Assembly: GCA_043797105.1 (NCBI GenBank) | Contig: JAZDPZ010000068.1 | Coordinates: forward strand, 1 to 59,389 | Origin: a bacterium | GTDB lineage: Bacteria > Cyanobacteriota > Vampirovibrionia > Gastranaerophilales > CAZEDP01 | Length of the DNA stretch: 59,389 nucleotides | Reading direction: 5' to 3' | Part shown: positions 50,439 to 59,389 of the stretch, one piece after another | How the letters are laid out: each line of letters begins with the position of its first letter | Numbering within the stretch: the stretch's first letter is position 1 | The notes under the pieces: generated by a model | What the model was told of the DNA's origin: nothing | What the model saw: only the letters and a program-made list of their open reading frames with translations | Databases searched by the model: none | Made by a program: the position numbers and the translations under genes

Positions 50439-51059
50439 TTGGCTAGATATACAGAGTCAGTATGTAAATTATGTAGAAATGAAGGGCAAAAGCTTTTTTT
50501 AAAAGGAAATCGCTGTAATTCTCATAAATGTTCCGTATCAAAACGTCCTTATGGTTCAGGACAACATGGGCAAAACAGAAAAAAATTATCCGAATATGCG
50601 CTACATTTAAGAGCAAAACAAAAAGTTCGCAATTCATATTTAGTTCTTGAAGGACAATTCTCAAAATATTTTAAACGAGCAGAACGTAAAAAAGGTGTTA
50701 CAGGCACTCTTTTATTGCAAATGCTTGAATTAAGGTTTGATAATGTAATTTGTCGGGCTGGACTTTCGTTGGGACGTAAACAAGCAAGGCAGCTTATTAG
50801 ACACAGACACTTTTTGATTAATGGAAGAATAGTTGATATTCCTTCATATCAATTAAAATCGGGTGATGAAATATGGGTTAAAACAAAAAGTGAAAAAATA
50901 ATCAAAGATGTTATTGAATCTCAAACTTTAGTAACAGAACCCAAATGGCTAGCTGTAGATAAGTCTAACCTGAAAATAAAAGTTGAATCTTTGCCTGAAA
51001 GAGAAGATTTAGACCCTAATATTAAGGAACAACTTATCATTGAATACTATTCTAAATAG
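50439..51059 (+). CDS. rpsD: 30S ribosomal protein S4 (Cys-containing form)
   Basis: MARYT..VCKLCR.EG, LELRFDN, ARQLIRH, IIEYYSK. Confidence 0.98.
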   Translation: MARYTESVCKLCRNEGQKLFLKGNRCNSHKCSVSKRPYGSGQHGQNRKKLSEYALHLRAKQKVRNSYLVLEGQFSKYFKRAERKKGVTGTLLLQMLELRFDNVICRAGLSLGRKQARQLIRHRHFLINGRIVDIPSYQLKSGDEIWVKTKSEKIIKDVIESQTLVTEPKWLAVDKSNLKIKVESLPEREDLDPNIKEQLIIEYYSK

Positions 51060-51085
51060 AATTTAGGAGGTTTGTAATACCGGTT

Positions 51086-52081
51086 ATGGATTTAAAAATA
51101 AGATGCGTTAATACAACAACTGATTCAGATGGTTCTATCTATGGAAAATATGTTATTGAACCATTAGAACGTGGTTATGGTACAACTATTGGTAATTCGT
51201 TAAGAAGAGTTCTTCTATCAAGCCTTGAAGGAGCAGCTATAACATCTGTGAGAATTGAAGGTGTTACTCATGAATATACCTCTATTCCGGGTATAGTAGA
51301 AGATGTTATTGATATAATGTTAAATTTTAAAGGGCTTGCTGTTAAAACAGAGGATAAAGAAGCTCAACATTTAAGATTAGATATTGAAACACCTGGACCG
51401 GTATTAGCTAGCGAAATTCAGCTTCCTGCCGGAGTTAAAATTGTTAATCCTGATTGTCTAATATGCACAATAGCGGAAGGTGGAAGCATACATACCGATA
51501 TTATTGTAGAAACAGGAAAGGGTTATGTAACCACAGATATATTGAAAGAAAGCAAAGGCAATATGCCTATTGATATGCTTCCAATAGATGCTGCGTTTAT
51601 GCCGGTAAGAAGAATAAGTTATACTGTAGAAAATACTCGTGTCGGACAAATTACTGACTATGACAAATTAATTCTGGAAATTTGGACTAATGGAAGTATA
51701 GATGTTACTGCCGCATTAAGTCAGGCTGCAAACCTTTTGATAGAGCATTTTCTGGCAATAGCTTCCCTGACAGGTCAATCTTCAATGACAGGAGTAACTC
51801 CAATATTAACAGAAATAGCTCCAGAAACAACGTCACCCATTATTGGCATTGAAGAGCTTGAACTTTCAGTTAGAGCTTATAACTGTTTGAAGAGAGCAAG
51901 CATTAATTCTTTAACTGATTTATTACAAAAATCAGAACATGATTTATTAAGTATTAAGAATTTTGGTAAAAAATCTTCTGACGAAGTAATAGAAAAATTA
52001 AATGCTTTTGGATTGCAATTACAGCCAAATCCAGAATTAACCGAAGAAGAATTAAAAGAATTAAAAGAAATAAAGAGTTAA
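51086..52081 (+). CDS. rpoA: RNA polymerase alpha subunit
   Basis: EPLERGYGTTIGNSLRRVLLS, LSVRAYNCLKR, NFGKKS. Confidence 0.98.
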   Translation: MDLKIRCVNTTTDSDGSIYGKYVIEPLERGYGTTIGNSLRRVLLSSLEGAAITSVRIEGVTHEYTSIPGIVEDVIDIMLNFKGLAVKTEDKEAQHLRLDIETPGPVLASEIQLPAGVKIVNPDCLICTIAEGGSIHTDIIVETGKGYVTTDILKESKGNMPIDMLPIDAAFMPVRRISYTVENTRVGQITDYDKLILEIWTNGSIDVTAALSQAANLLIEHFLAIASLTGQSSMTGVTPILTEIAPETTSPIIGIEELELSVRAYNCLKRASINSLTDLLQKSEHDLLSIKNFGKKSSDEVIEKLNAFGLQLQPNPELTEEELKELKEIKS

Positions 52082-52101
52082 TTAATTAAGGAATAAAATA
52101 A

Positions 52102-52554
52102 ATGAGACACCAGTGTAAAAGACATAAATTAGGAAGACCGCAAGATCAAAGAAAAGCTCTTTTAAGGTCTTTGGCGACTTCATTATTTATACATGATGAA
52201 ATAAGAACCACAATGGCTAAAGCAAAAGCATTAAAACCATATATAGAACATATTATTACACTTGCTAAAAAAGGCGATCTTCATTCAAGAAGACAAGCTT
52301 TGAAATTTATATATGATAATTCGATAAAAGGTTTTATCTGTTCAGAATGTGGGAAATCTTCAGGTATTGATACTCCTACTAAAGAAGATAAATGCGAATG
52401 CGGCGGTAAATTAGTTGCTAAAACGGTTCTTCGTAAAATATTTTCAATAATTGCCCCAAATTACTCTACTAGAAACGGTGGGTATACAAAAATTTTCAGA
52501 ATGCCGCCAAGACGTGGAGATGCTTCTGAAATGGCGCTGATTCAACTGGTATAA
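52102..52554 (+). CDS. rplQ: 50S ribosomal protein L17 with an internal Cys4 insertion
   Basis: MRH..LGR...RKALLRSL, I.TT.AKAK, RNGGYT, RRGD. Confidence 0.97.
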   Translation: MRHQCKRHKLGRPQDQRKALLRSLATSLFIHDEIRTTMAKAKALKPYIEHIITLAKKGDLHSRRQALKFIYDNSIKGFICSECGKSSGIDTPTKEDKCECGGKLVAKTVLRKIFSIIAPNYSTRNGGYTKIFRMPPRRGDASEMALIQLV

Positions 52555-52571
52555 ATATATAAAAATGAATA

Positions 52572-53438
52572 ATGAATAAAAATAATTTAATAAATAAAGA
52601 AGGTTTTTTCAGATATGCCATGAAAGTGGAATATCTGGGAAGTTTATATGCCGGTAGCCAAAAACAACCTGAGCAGCGAACAATCCAGTCAGAATTAGAA
52701 GCGGCTTTGGCTATTTTAATAAAACAGGAAACAAAAACTGTTTTTTCCGGAAGAACAGATAGCGGCGTTCATTCAAAAGGACAAATCGTACATTTTGATT
52801 CACCCTTTAAAATAGATACTTATCGTTTTTTGTATTCTCTAAATTCTTTATTGCCACAAGATATAAGTATAAGTATAATTAAAGAAACTGATTCTGAATT
52901 TCATAGTCAGAAAAGCGCTTTATCCAGATGGTACAGATATATTATAAATAATAGACCTCAACGGTCTGTCTGGCTAAAACAATCTGTTCAAATTCAAAAA
53001 AAGCTTAATATTAAAGAAATGAATAAGGCTTTGAGTTATTTAACAGGAAAGAATGATTTTAGCAGTTTTAAAAGTTCAAACAGCAAAAATCCTGCCAGCG
53101 AATGTATAATGTATTTTGCTAAATGCAAATCAAAAGCAGGCATTATTATTATTGATTTTGTGGCTAACAGATTTTTGTATAACATGGTTAGAATAATAGT
53201 TGGAACATTAATAAACATAGGAAAAGGAGTATTTCCGGCAGATCATATGCTGGAAGTTTTAAATTTCAAGGATCGCACAAAAGCAGGCACTACAGCTAAA
53301 GCTGATGGTCTGATTTTTATGTTTGTTGATTATGGCGAAAAATATAATTCTCAAATTTATAATGGTTTTAATAATTTTGTTAATAAAATAAATAAGGAGG
53401 CTGTGTATAATGAAAACATTTTCTGCAAAGCCCTGTGA
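52572..53438 (+). CDS. truA: tRNA pseudouridine(38-40) synthase
   Basis: [20 protein letters not shown]. Confidence 0.97.
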   Translation: MNKNNLINKEGFFRYAMKVEYLGSLYAGSQKQPEQRTIQSELEAALAILIKQETKTVFSGRTDSGVHSKGQIVHFDSPFKIDTYRFLYSLNSLLPQDISISIIKETDSEFHSQKSALSRWYRYIINNRPQRSVWLKQSVQIQKKLNIKEMNKALSYLTGKNDFSSFKSSNSKNPASECIMYFAKCKSKAGIIIIDFVANRFLYNMVRIIVGTLINIGKGVFPADHMLEVLNFKDRTKAGTTAKADGLIFMFVDYGEKYNSQIYNGFNNFVNKINKEAVYNENIFCKAL

Positions 53439-53853
53439 AATAGAAGCAAAATGGTATGTGATTGATGCGGAAGGCAAAGTTTTAGGTCGTCTGGCAACAA
53501 TGATTGCTAATATTTTACGTGGCAAGCATAAACCACAATATACTTCACATATAGATACCGGGGATTTTGTGATAGTAATTAACGCTGATAAAATTAAAGT
53601 AACCGGAAAAAAAGAAACAGATAAAATTTATTATCATTATACTGGTTATCCAGGAGGTCTTCGGTCAATCAAATATAAGGATTTGATTTCAAAGCATCCG
53701 ACCAGAGCATTGGAAAAAGCTGTTCGAGGTATGATTCCTCATAATTCTCTTGGGGATAAACAATTTAAAAAGCTTAAAATTTATACGGGAACAGAACATC
53801 CTCATCAAGCACAGCTGCCTGTTGAATATAAGGAATTGGAGGTTATTAGATAA
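53410..53853 (+). CDS. rplM: 50S ribosomal protein L13
   Basis: WYVIDA...[21 protein letters not shown]. Confidence 0.98.
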   Translation: MKTFSAKPCEIEAKWYVIDAEGKVLGRLATMIANILRGKHKPQYTSHIDTGDFVIVINADKIKVTGKKETDKIYYHYTGYPGGLRSIKYKDLISKHPTRALEKAVRGMIPHNSLGDKQFKKLKIYTGTEHPHQAQLPVEYKELEVIR

Positions 53854-54248
53854 TGGAAACTACTGAAAATCGTGGAGTAGGTCGTAGAAAAACTGCTACA
53901 GCACGTGTAAAGCTTGTTTCAGGCAAAGGTAGAGTTTTTATTAATAACAGGACATTAAAGGATTATTTTGGAAGTCGCGCAGCTTTTGAAATGATGATTT
54001 ATCAGCCTCTTGTGTTAACGCAAAATGAAACCAAATTTGATGTTCGGGTAAAAGTAATTGGCGGAGGCATAAGTTCACAAGCCGGAGCAATAAGACATGG
54101 CATATCAAGAGCTCTTTTGCAGGTGAATGAAGAAAATAAAATAATTTTACGGTCAGAAGGACTTTTGACTAGGGATGCCAGAGTTAAAGAGCGTAAAAAA
54201 TATGGACGCAAACGCGCCAGAAAACGCTTCCAATTCTCCAAACGCTAG
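53853..54248 (+). CDS. rpsI: 30S ribosomal protein S9
   Basis: GRRKTATARV, GGG.SSQAGAIRHG, QFSKR. Confidence 0.98.
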   Translation: METTENRGVGRRKTATARVKLVSGKGRVFINNRTLKDYFGSRAAFEMMIYQPLVLTQNETKFDVRVKVIGGGISSQAGAIRHGISRALLQVNEENKIILRSEGLLTRDARVKERKKYGRKRARKRFQFSKR

Positions 54249-54322
54249 TGGCTAACATTCTTAGGCTTCCAATCATTCCCGAGCAGGAATGATTGATGAC
54301 GATATGGAGGTGCCTCAGGCAC

Positions 54323-55783
54323 ATGAAAATTTTATTAGCATCTGCTGAAGTAACTCCTTTTGCAAAAGTAGGCGGTTTGGCTGATGTAGCAGGGAGTTTA
54401 TCAAAAACTATAAAAAAATCAGGACACGATATTCGTGTTATATTACCTTGCTATGGCTCTATAAATCAGGATAAATATCATCTGGAAGATGTTTTTAATT
54501 CTCAAATTACTATAAAATTTGGAAATAAAAATGTTCCTGTTTCTCTTAAACAGGCAAAAATACCAAATTCCGAGGTTATAGCATATTTTGTGGTTAATAA
54601 TGAGTATTTTGGTTCTCATAGTGAAATATATCCTAAAAAAATTCATGCTGAATTTGAACAGGAAAGATTTATTGTTTTAGGTATTGCAACTCTAAAATTA
54701 ATGGAAAAAATTGATTTTAAACCGGATATAATACATTGCAATGATTGGCATACAGCAAATATACCCGTTTATTTGAAAAATCAAAAATTTTCAGACAGTT
54801 TAAAGTTTTATAAAGATGCGGCAATAGTTTATAGTATTCATAATCTTGCTTACCAGGGAATATTTAATAAAAATATTCTTGAATTTGCTAATCTTGATCC
54901 TGGTGAAGTATTTAAAATAGACGGACTTGAATTTTATGGCGATATTAACTGGATGAAAGGTGGAATCATCTACTCTGATAAGATAAACACTGTTTCTAAA
55001 AAATATATGGAAGAAATTCAAACTCCTGAGTTTGGAGAAAAACTTGATGGTTTGCTAAGGGCTAATAATCATAAATTAACCGGTATATTAAACGGTATTG
55101 ATTATGAAGTATGGGATCCGAAAATTGATCCTTTAATACCGTCAAATTATTCTGTTGAAAATTTATCAGGAAAAAAAGCCTGTAAAAAAACTTTACAAAA
55201 AGAAATTAATTTGGAACAAAAATCGGATATTCCTTTAATTGGCTTGATTTCCCGATTGGTTGAGCAAAAAGGACTGGATTTACTTGCTGCAATTACGCCT
55301 GATTTAAAAAAACTCAAACTACAGCTTGTAGTTCTTGGAACCGGTGAAGAAAAATATGAAATGCTTTTTAAAGATTTAAACAAAATATCAAAAAATATTA
55401 AGACAGTAATTGGTTTTGACTCAAAATTGGCGCAAAAAATTTATGCGGGCTGTGATATGTTTTTAATGCCCAGTAAATTTGAACCGTGTGGGTTAGGTCA
55501 GTTAATATCTCTAAAATATGGCACTATTCCAATAGTTAGAAAAACTGGCGGATTGTCTGATACTATTATTGATTATAATAGCGATAATTTAACAGGAAAC
55601 GGTTTTGTTTTCGAAGAGTATGATTCTGATAAACTTCTTGATGCTATTAAAAATGCTTTAAAAATTTTCAAAAATAAAAAAAATTGGGAACAGTTAGTTA
55701 AAAGGGCTATGAATAATGATTTTGGTTGGGAAACAAGTGCTCGTGAGTATTTAAAGCTTTATGAAGGAGCTATACTCAACTAA
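54323..55783 (+). CDS. glgA: glycogen synthase
   Basis: PFAKVGGLADV, HCNDWH, SRLVEQKG, PSKFEPCGL; ATG 54323 after GGAGG. Confidence 0.97.
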   Translation: MKILLASAEVTPFAKVGGLADVAGSLSKTIKKSGHDIRVILPCYGSINQDKYHLEDVFNSQITIKFGNKNVPVSLKQAKIPNSEVIAYFVVNNEYFGSHSEIYPKKIHAEFEQERFIVLGIATLKLMEKIDFKPDIIHCNDWHTANIPVYLKNQKFSDSLKFYKDAAIVYSIHNLAYQGIFNKNILEFANLDPGEVFKIDGLEFYGDINWMKGGIIYSDKINTVSKKYMEEIQTPEFGEKLDGLLRANNHKLTGILNGIDYEVWDPKIDPLIPSNYSVENLSGKKACKKTLQKEINLEQKSDIPLIGLISRLVEQKGLDLLAAITPDLKKLKLQLVVLGTGEEKYEMLFKDLNKISKNIKTVIGFDSKLAQKIYAGCDMFLMPSKFEPCGLGQLISLKYGTIPIVRKTGGLSDTIIDYNSDNLTGNGFVFEEYDSDKLLDAIKNALKIFKNKKNWEQLVKRAMNNDFGWETSAREYLKLYEGAILN

Positions 55784-55803
55784 AAAAGGAAAATAGTTGC
55801 ATT

Positions 55804-56826
55804 ATGCCTGAAATGAGAAGAAACCCAATAACAAAAAGCTGGACAATAATTGCCACTGAAAGAGCTAAAAGACCGGAAAGACCTTTAATTGACAATAAAT
55901 TAACTGATGAAAAAATTATTGAAGAAATTACTTATGAGAAAAAATGTTTTTTTTGTTTAGGGAATGAACACACTACTCCTCCTGAGGTTTTTGCATATAG
56001 AGATAATCATACTCTGCCAAATACTCCCGGCTGGTCTCTTAGAGTCGTGCCAAATAAATTTGCGGCTTTAAATCTTGAGCAGGAATTTCATGTAAAACAG
56101 GAAAATTCTTTAAAAGTCAGCAGTCATGCTGCCGGAGTAGCAGAAGTTGTCATAGAATCGCCTCATCATTCAAAAAATCTCGCTTTATTTCAGCCAACTC
56201 AGGTTGAAGATGTTTTAAAAGCTTATAAAGAACGTTTTTTAAGTATTTCTCAAAAAAAGACTATTAAATATATTTTACTTTTTAAAAATAATGGCGTTGA
56301 AGCAGGAGCAAGTCTTGCGCATCCTCACAGTCAGATAATTGCAACGCCTGTAATTCCTGTTAATATTTCTGAAGAGCTGATCGGAGCGAATGATTATTTT
56401 GAATCAACAGGAAGATGTGTATATTGTGATATGATGAAAATGGAAATTAAAGATAAATCAAGAATAATCTATGAAAGTGAAAATTTTGTCTCGTTTGCTC
56501 CTTATGCTTCGAGGACACCTTTTGAAACCTGGATTATGCCCAAATTTCACAGCTCTAAATTTCAGGATTTAGATGATATGCAAATTCAGGATTTGGCAAA
56601 AATTTGGAAGCATACTTTGTATAAAATTTATGTGGGATTAGAAAATCCTCCTTATAATTATTTTATACATACTTCCCCTACACAAAAAAATACGGATAAA
56701 TATTATCACTGGCACATGGAACTGATCCCAAAATTAACTATAGCAGCCGGATTTGAACTTGGAACTGGTATATATATTAATATTGCGATTCCGGAAGATT
56801 GCGCTGAATTTTTAAGGGAATTTTAA
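55804..56826 (+). CDS. galT: galactose-1-phosphate uridylyltransferase family (HIT) protein
   Basis: RAKRP, CFFC, VVPNKF, GASLAHPHSQ, HWH.E, AGFELG. Confidence 0.9.
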   Translation: MPEMRRNPITKSWTIIATERAKRPERPLIDNKLTDEKIIEEITYEKKCFFCLGNEHTTPPEVFAYRDNHTLPNTPGWSLRVVPNKFAALNLEQEFHVKQENSLKVSSHAAGVAEVVIESPHHSKNLALFQPTQVEDVLKAYKERFLSISQKKTIKYILLFKNNGVEAGASLAHPHSQIIATPVIPVNISEELIGANDYFESTGRCVYCDMMKMEIKDKSRIIYESENFVSFAPYASRTPFETWIMPKFHSSKFQDLDDMQIQDLAKIWKHTLYKIYVGLENPPYNYFIHTSPTQKNTDKYYHWHMELIPKLTIAAGFELGTGIYINIAIPEDCAEFLREF

Positions 56827-56940
56827 GAGAATTGGAGCATTATTTAGTATTATATTTTTTTATTGGTTTATATATAATATTAAAAGAAGCTGAAATTCTT
56901 AAAGATTTATTAAAATAATTAATATTGGAGATAAAATATT

Positions 56941-57273
56941 ATGATAAATAGTGTTGTATTAGTTGGAAGAGCAGGACAAGACCCTGAAATGAAGTATTTT
57001 GAATCCGGTAAAGTTAAAACCGCATTTTCAATAGCTGTAAATAGGTGGTCTAAAGAGGGTGAACGTACTGACTGGTTTAATATTGAACTATGGGACAAAA
57101 ATGCTGAAATTGCCGGAGAATATGTTCGCAAAGGCAGACTTGTCGGAATAGAAGGCAAGTTAGACGTAAGTCATTGGACTGATCTTGACGGCACTAAAAG
57201 AGAAAGATTCTTTATCAGAGCTAATAATTTACGTTTATTAGGAAGTAAAAAAGAAGAAAATTCGGCTGAGTAG
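56941..57273 (+). CDS. ssb: single-stranded DNA-binding protein (short form)
   Basis: LVGRAGQDPE..YFESG, TDWF...W...AE....YVRKG. Confidence 0.93.
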   Translation: MINSVVLVGRAGQDPEMKYFESGKVKTAFSIAVNRWSKEGERTDWFNIELWDKNAEIAGEYVRKGRLVGIEGKLDVSHWTDLDGTKRERFFIRANNLRLLGSKKEENSAE

Positions 57274-58586
57274 TGATTATGACTTTAAAAACAGGCACTA
57301 TCGGAATAATTTCTGATGATCTGACCGGAGCTAATGATACAGCCTTACAATTTCATTTAAGCGGCTGTAATACACAAATATTATTTGATTATTCAATTGC
57401 GCCGGAAGGAAAAGCCAATACACAAGCCTGGGCAATTAGCACAGAAACAAGAAATATTGATGCTCAAAGCGCTGCTAAAATCGTAAGTAAAGCAACCAGA
57501 CTTCTTATGGATAACTTAAATATAGAATATTTGTATAAAAAAATAGATTCGACTTTAAGAGGTAATGTTGCTCAGGAATCTTTAGCTGTTATTAATGCTG
57601 TAAATTGGGATGCTGCTGTTATAGTTCCGGCTTTTCCTGCTGAAGGCAGGACTACTGTCGGAGGATACCATTTATTAAAAGGGGTTCCAATTGAAAGAAC
57701 TGAAGTTGCAAGAGATCCGCAATCTCCGATTTATGAATCACATATACCCACCTTGCTTAAACAGCAGATAGACAATCCTGATCTTGTTTCTCATATTCAG
57801 TTAACAACTGTTATGAAAGGCGCTGGTCCTATTTTAGTAGAACTTCAGGAGTTAATTAAAAAAAATAAAAAATTAATTGTTATAGATGCTGTCTCAACTA
57901 CAGATATGGAGCAAATTGCTTTGGCTATTGAAAAATCCAATTTTAATATTTTGCCATGCGGTTCTGCCGGCTTGGCTCAAGCTATTACAAAATTTTGGCT
58001 GCCTGAGATGAAACATCAGCATATTACTAAAGTCCTACCTTCTTTACCAATACTTATAATAGTAGGAAGCGCAACGAATATTACCAAAACTCAAATAAAA
58101 AAATTAATGGAATCAGATGAATTTGAGCCATATATTATTGGTCTTGATCCTAAAAATCTTTTGATTGATCCTCCAAATGAGTTAATCGACAGAATTATAA
58201 ATGATCTTGGTTCTAATGAAATAGTTTTAGTGCATTCTGCTCCTTTGGAAGGAGATATTAATGAAATTTTTGAGTATGCCAATCAGCAGGGAGTGCAAAC
58301 AGAAAATCTTCCTGGCATTGTTAGCGATTATCTTGCTAATTTAACTCAAAAAGTTGTAAACAGACATAATTTGATACTTGTGTTAATAGGCGGAGAAACT
58401 TCCTATAAATGCTGTAATGCAATAAACAGCAAACATCTTCAATTAATTGATGAAGTTGATCCGGTAATTCCTTTGTGTCTGGATCATAAAGCTCAGTGGA
58501 TAGTTACAAAATCAGGAAATCTCGGCACTCCAAACACTTTAATCAATATTCTCAAATACTTTAAAAAGCATCAAGAAGCAAAATAA
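57273..58586 (+). CDS. four-carbon acid sugar kinase family (DUF1537)
   Basis: SDDLTGAND, YKKIDSTLRGN, PAFP..GR, GGETS, TKSGNLG. Confidence 0.92.
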   Translation: MIMTLKTGTIGIISDDLTGANDTALQFHLSGCNTQILFDYSIAPEGKANTQAWAISTETRNIDAQSAAKIVSKATRLLMDNLNIEYLYKKIDSTLRGNVAQESLAVINAVNWDAAVIVPAFPAEGRTTVGGYHLLKGVPIERTEVARDPQSPIYESHIPTLLKQQIDNPDLVSHIQLTTVMKGAGPILVELQELIKKNKKLIVIDAVSTTDMEQIALAIEKSNFNILPCGSAGLAQAITKFWLPEMKHQHITKVLPSLPILIIVGSATNITKTQIKKLMESDEFEPYIIGLDPKNLLIDPPNELIDRIINDLGSNEIVLVHSAPLEGDINEIFEYANQQGVQTENLPGIVSDYLANLTQKVVNRHNLILVLIGGETSYKCCNAINSKHLQLIDEVDPVIPLCLDHKAQWIVTKSGNLGTPNTLINILKYFKKHQEAK

Positions 58587-58660
58587 TTCAATAACCTTGT
58601 TTTTAACAGTATTATCTGATGGACTTAAAATAAAAAATTTGTTATAATTTCAGATATATT

Positions 58661-58795
58661 TTAAGTGGGTAACAATAAATTTTATACACCCACCCTTTAC
58701 CCCTCCCTCGAGGGAGGGGAACTAGATTAGGATAGGGCTATGCCCTACACCAAACTCTTTTTTTAAAAGGTGAAAATTTATTGTTCATTACTTAA
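58661..58795. mobile_element. MITE-like element with about 24-bp imperfect terminal inverted repeats
   Basis: Left end TTAAGTGGGTAACAATAAATTTTA; right end TGAAAATTTATTGTTCATTACTTAA; internal CCCCTCCCTCGAGGGAGGGG hairpin; second copy at 21543. Confidence 0.75.
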
Positions 58796-58815
58796 CAGAG
58801 TAAGAGGGGAATTTT

Positions 58816-59241
58816 ATGACAATTAAAAATTATAATGAACTATCAAAATGGATAGAAAAGAAAAAATTTCAAAAAAGAATACATGAATTATCAAAAAAAT
58901 ACGAAGGAAAAAAAGTAATTTTATATGGAGCAGGTTTGCTAGCTTCTGTAATGCTTGATCAGTATGATCTATCCACATTAAATATAATAGGAGTGGCTGA
59001 TATCAGATTTTTCGACGGAGAAATTGATTTTAAGGGTTATAAAGCAATATCGCCGTTTAATATTTCTGATTATACCCCTGATGTTATTTTGATAGCTAAT
59101 TACAATAGCTATGATGTAAAAGATTTTTTGAAAGAAAATGTGCTTCAGGAATTAGGAAAAATTTCCATAGAGTCAATTGTTAAGAAAAATTTTAAAGAAA
59201 AAATAGAAGAATTTTTAGTTGAATTGTCTAATTCTCTATAG
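58816..59241 (+). CDS. hypothetical protein with a Rossmann-like domain seen in glycan-cluster proteins
   Basis: KKVILYGAG, IIGVAD, ISP..I....PDVILIA. Confidence 0.7.
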   Translation: MTIKNYNELSKWIEKKKFQKRIHELSKKYEGKKVILYGAGLLASVMLDQYDLSTLNIIGVADIRFFDGEIDFKGYKAISPFNISDYTPDVILIANYNSYDVKDFLKENVLQELGKISIESIVKKNFKEKIEEFLVELSNSL

Positions 59242-59389
59242 AATTAGACAAAAATCAGCTAAAAATTTTATGGATCTAAACCTTTTGGTTGATGGATATT
59301 AAAAAAAATTAAGATAATGTATATAACAGATATAAAAAATAAAACATTAGTTAATATTTCTTAATAAATAAGATTTTTTGAACAATTTT

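Noticed and set aside
42956-54322. TGCCT(A/C)AGGCAC palindrome upstream of yqeK (42956) and glgA (54311)
   Set aside because: Only two short copies before unrelated genes; cannot distinguish an operator from a repeat fragment or chance
875-58282. Numerous short antisense or nested ORFs in the track (e.g. 7166-7612, 33190-33696)
   Set aside because: They are shadows of well-supported genes and show no motifs

Overview
AT-rich bacterial chromosomal segment. Inferred to come from a non-photosynthetic Cyanobacteriota lineage (Vampirovibrionia/Melainabacteria), based on cyanobacteria-like SSB/RpsK/RpoA together with CheC/CheD chemotaxis and a DVNGxxGPNxxGKD-type pilin. In order, the window holds: an IS630-like transposase tail; ribE-ribBA-ribH; a Tad/Cpa operon (cpaB-cpaC-cpaE-cpaF-tadB-tadC) with a well-spaced sigma-28-type promoter; an internally deleted IS1634-like remnant; trpE and a TPR protein; three tandem paralogous small membrane-active proteins with conserved ends and variable cores; a DedA gene; treT and a GH57 gene; gmd-colC-colD (GDP-colitose); dnaB; a B12 radical SAM gene; thpR; an unknown gene coupled to dcd; a four-gene Re-citrate synthase/LeuCD-type aconitase/isocitrate dehydrogenase operon; a cheA-cheW-HDOD-cheC-cheD-cheY-fliO operon; yqeK/nadD/Fe-B12 ABC genes; tRNA-Glu; the infA-rpmJ-rpsMKD-rpoA-rplQ-truA-rplM-rpsI cluster, whose L17 carries a Cys4 insertion; and glgA-galT, ssb and a four-carbon acid sugar kinase. 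Several families of GC-rich palindromic/MITE-like repeats are dispersed through the window, some inside coding sequence. Four genes are split by single-base frameshifts in A/T runs, probably long-read errors. All calls come from motif recognition; no searches were run.
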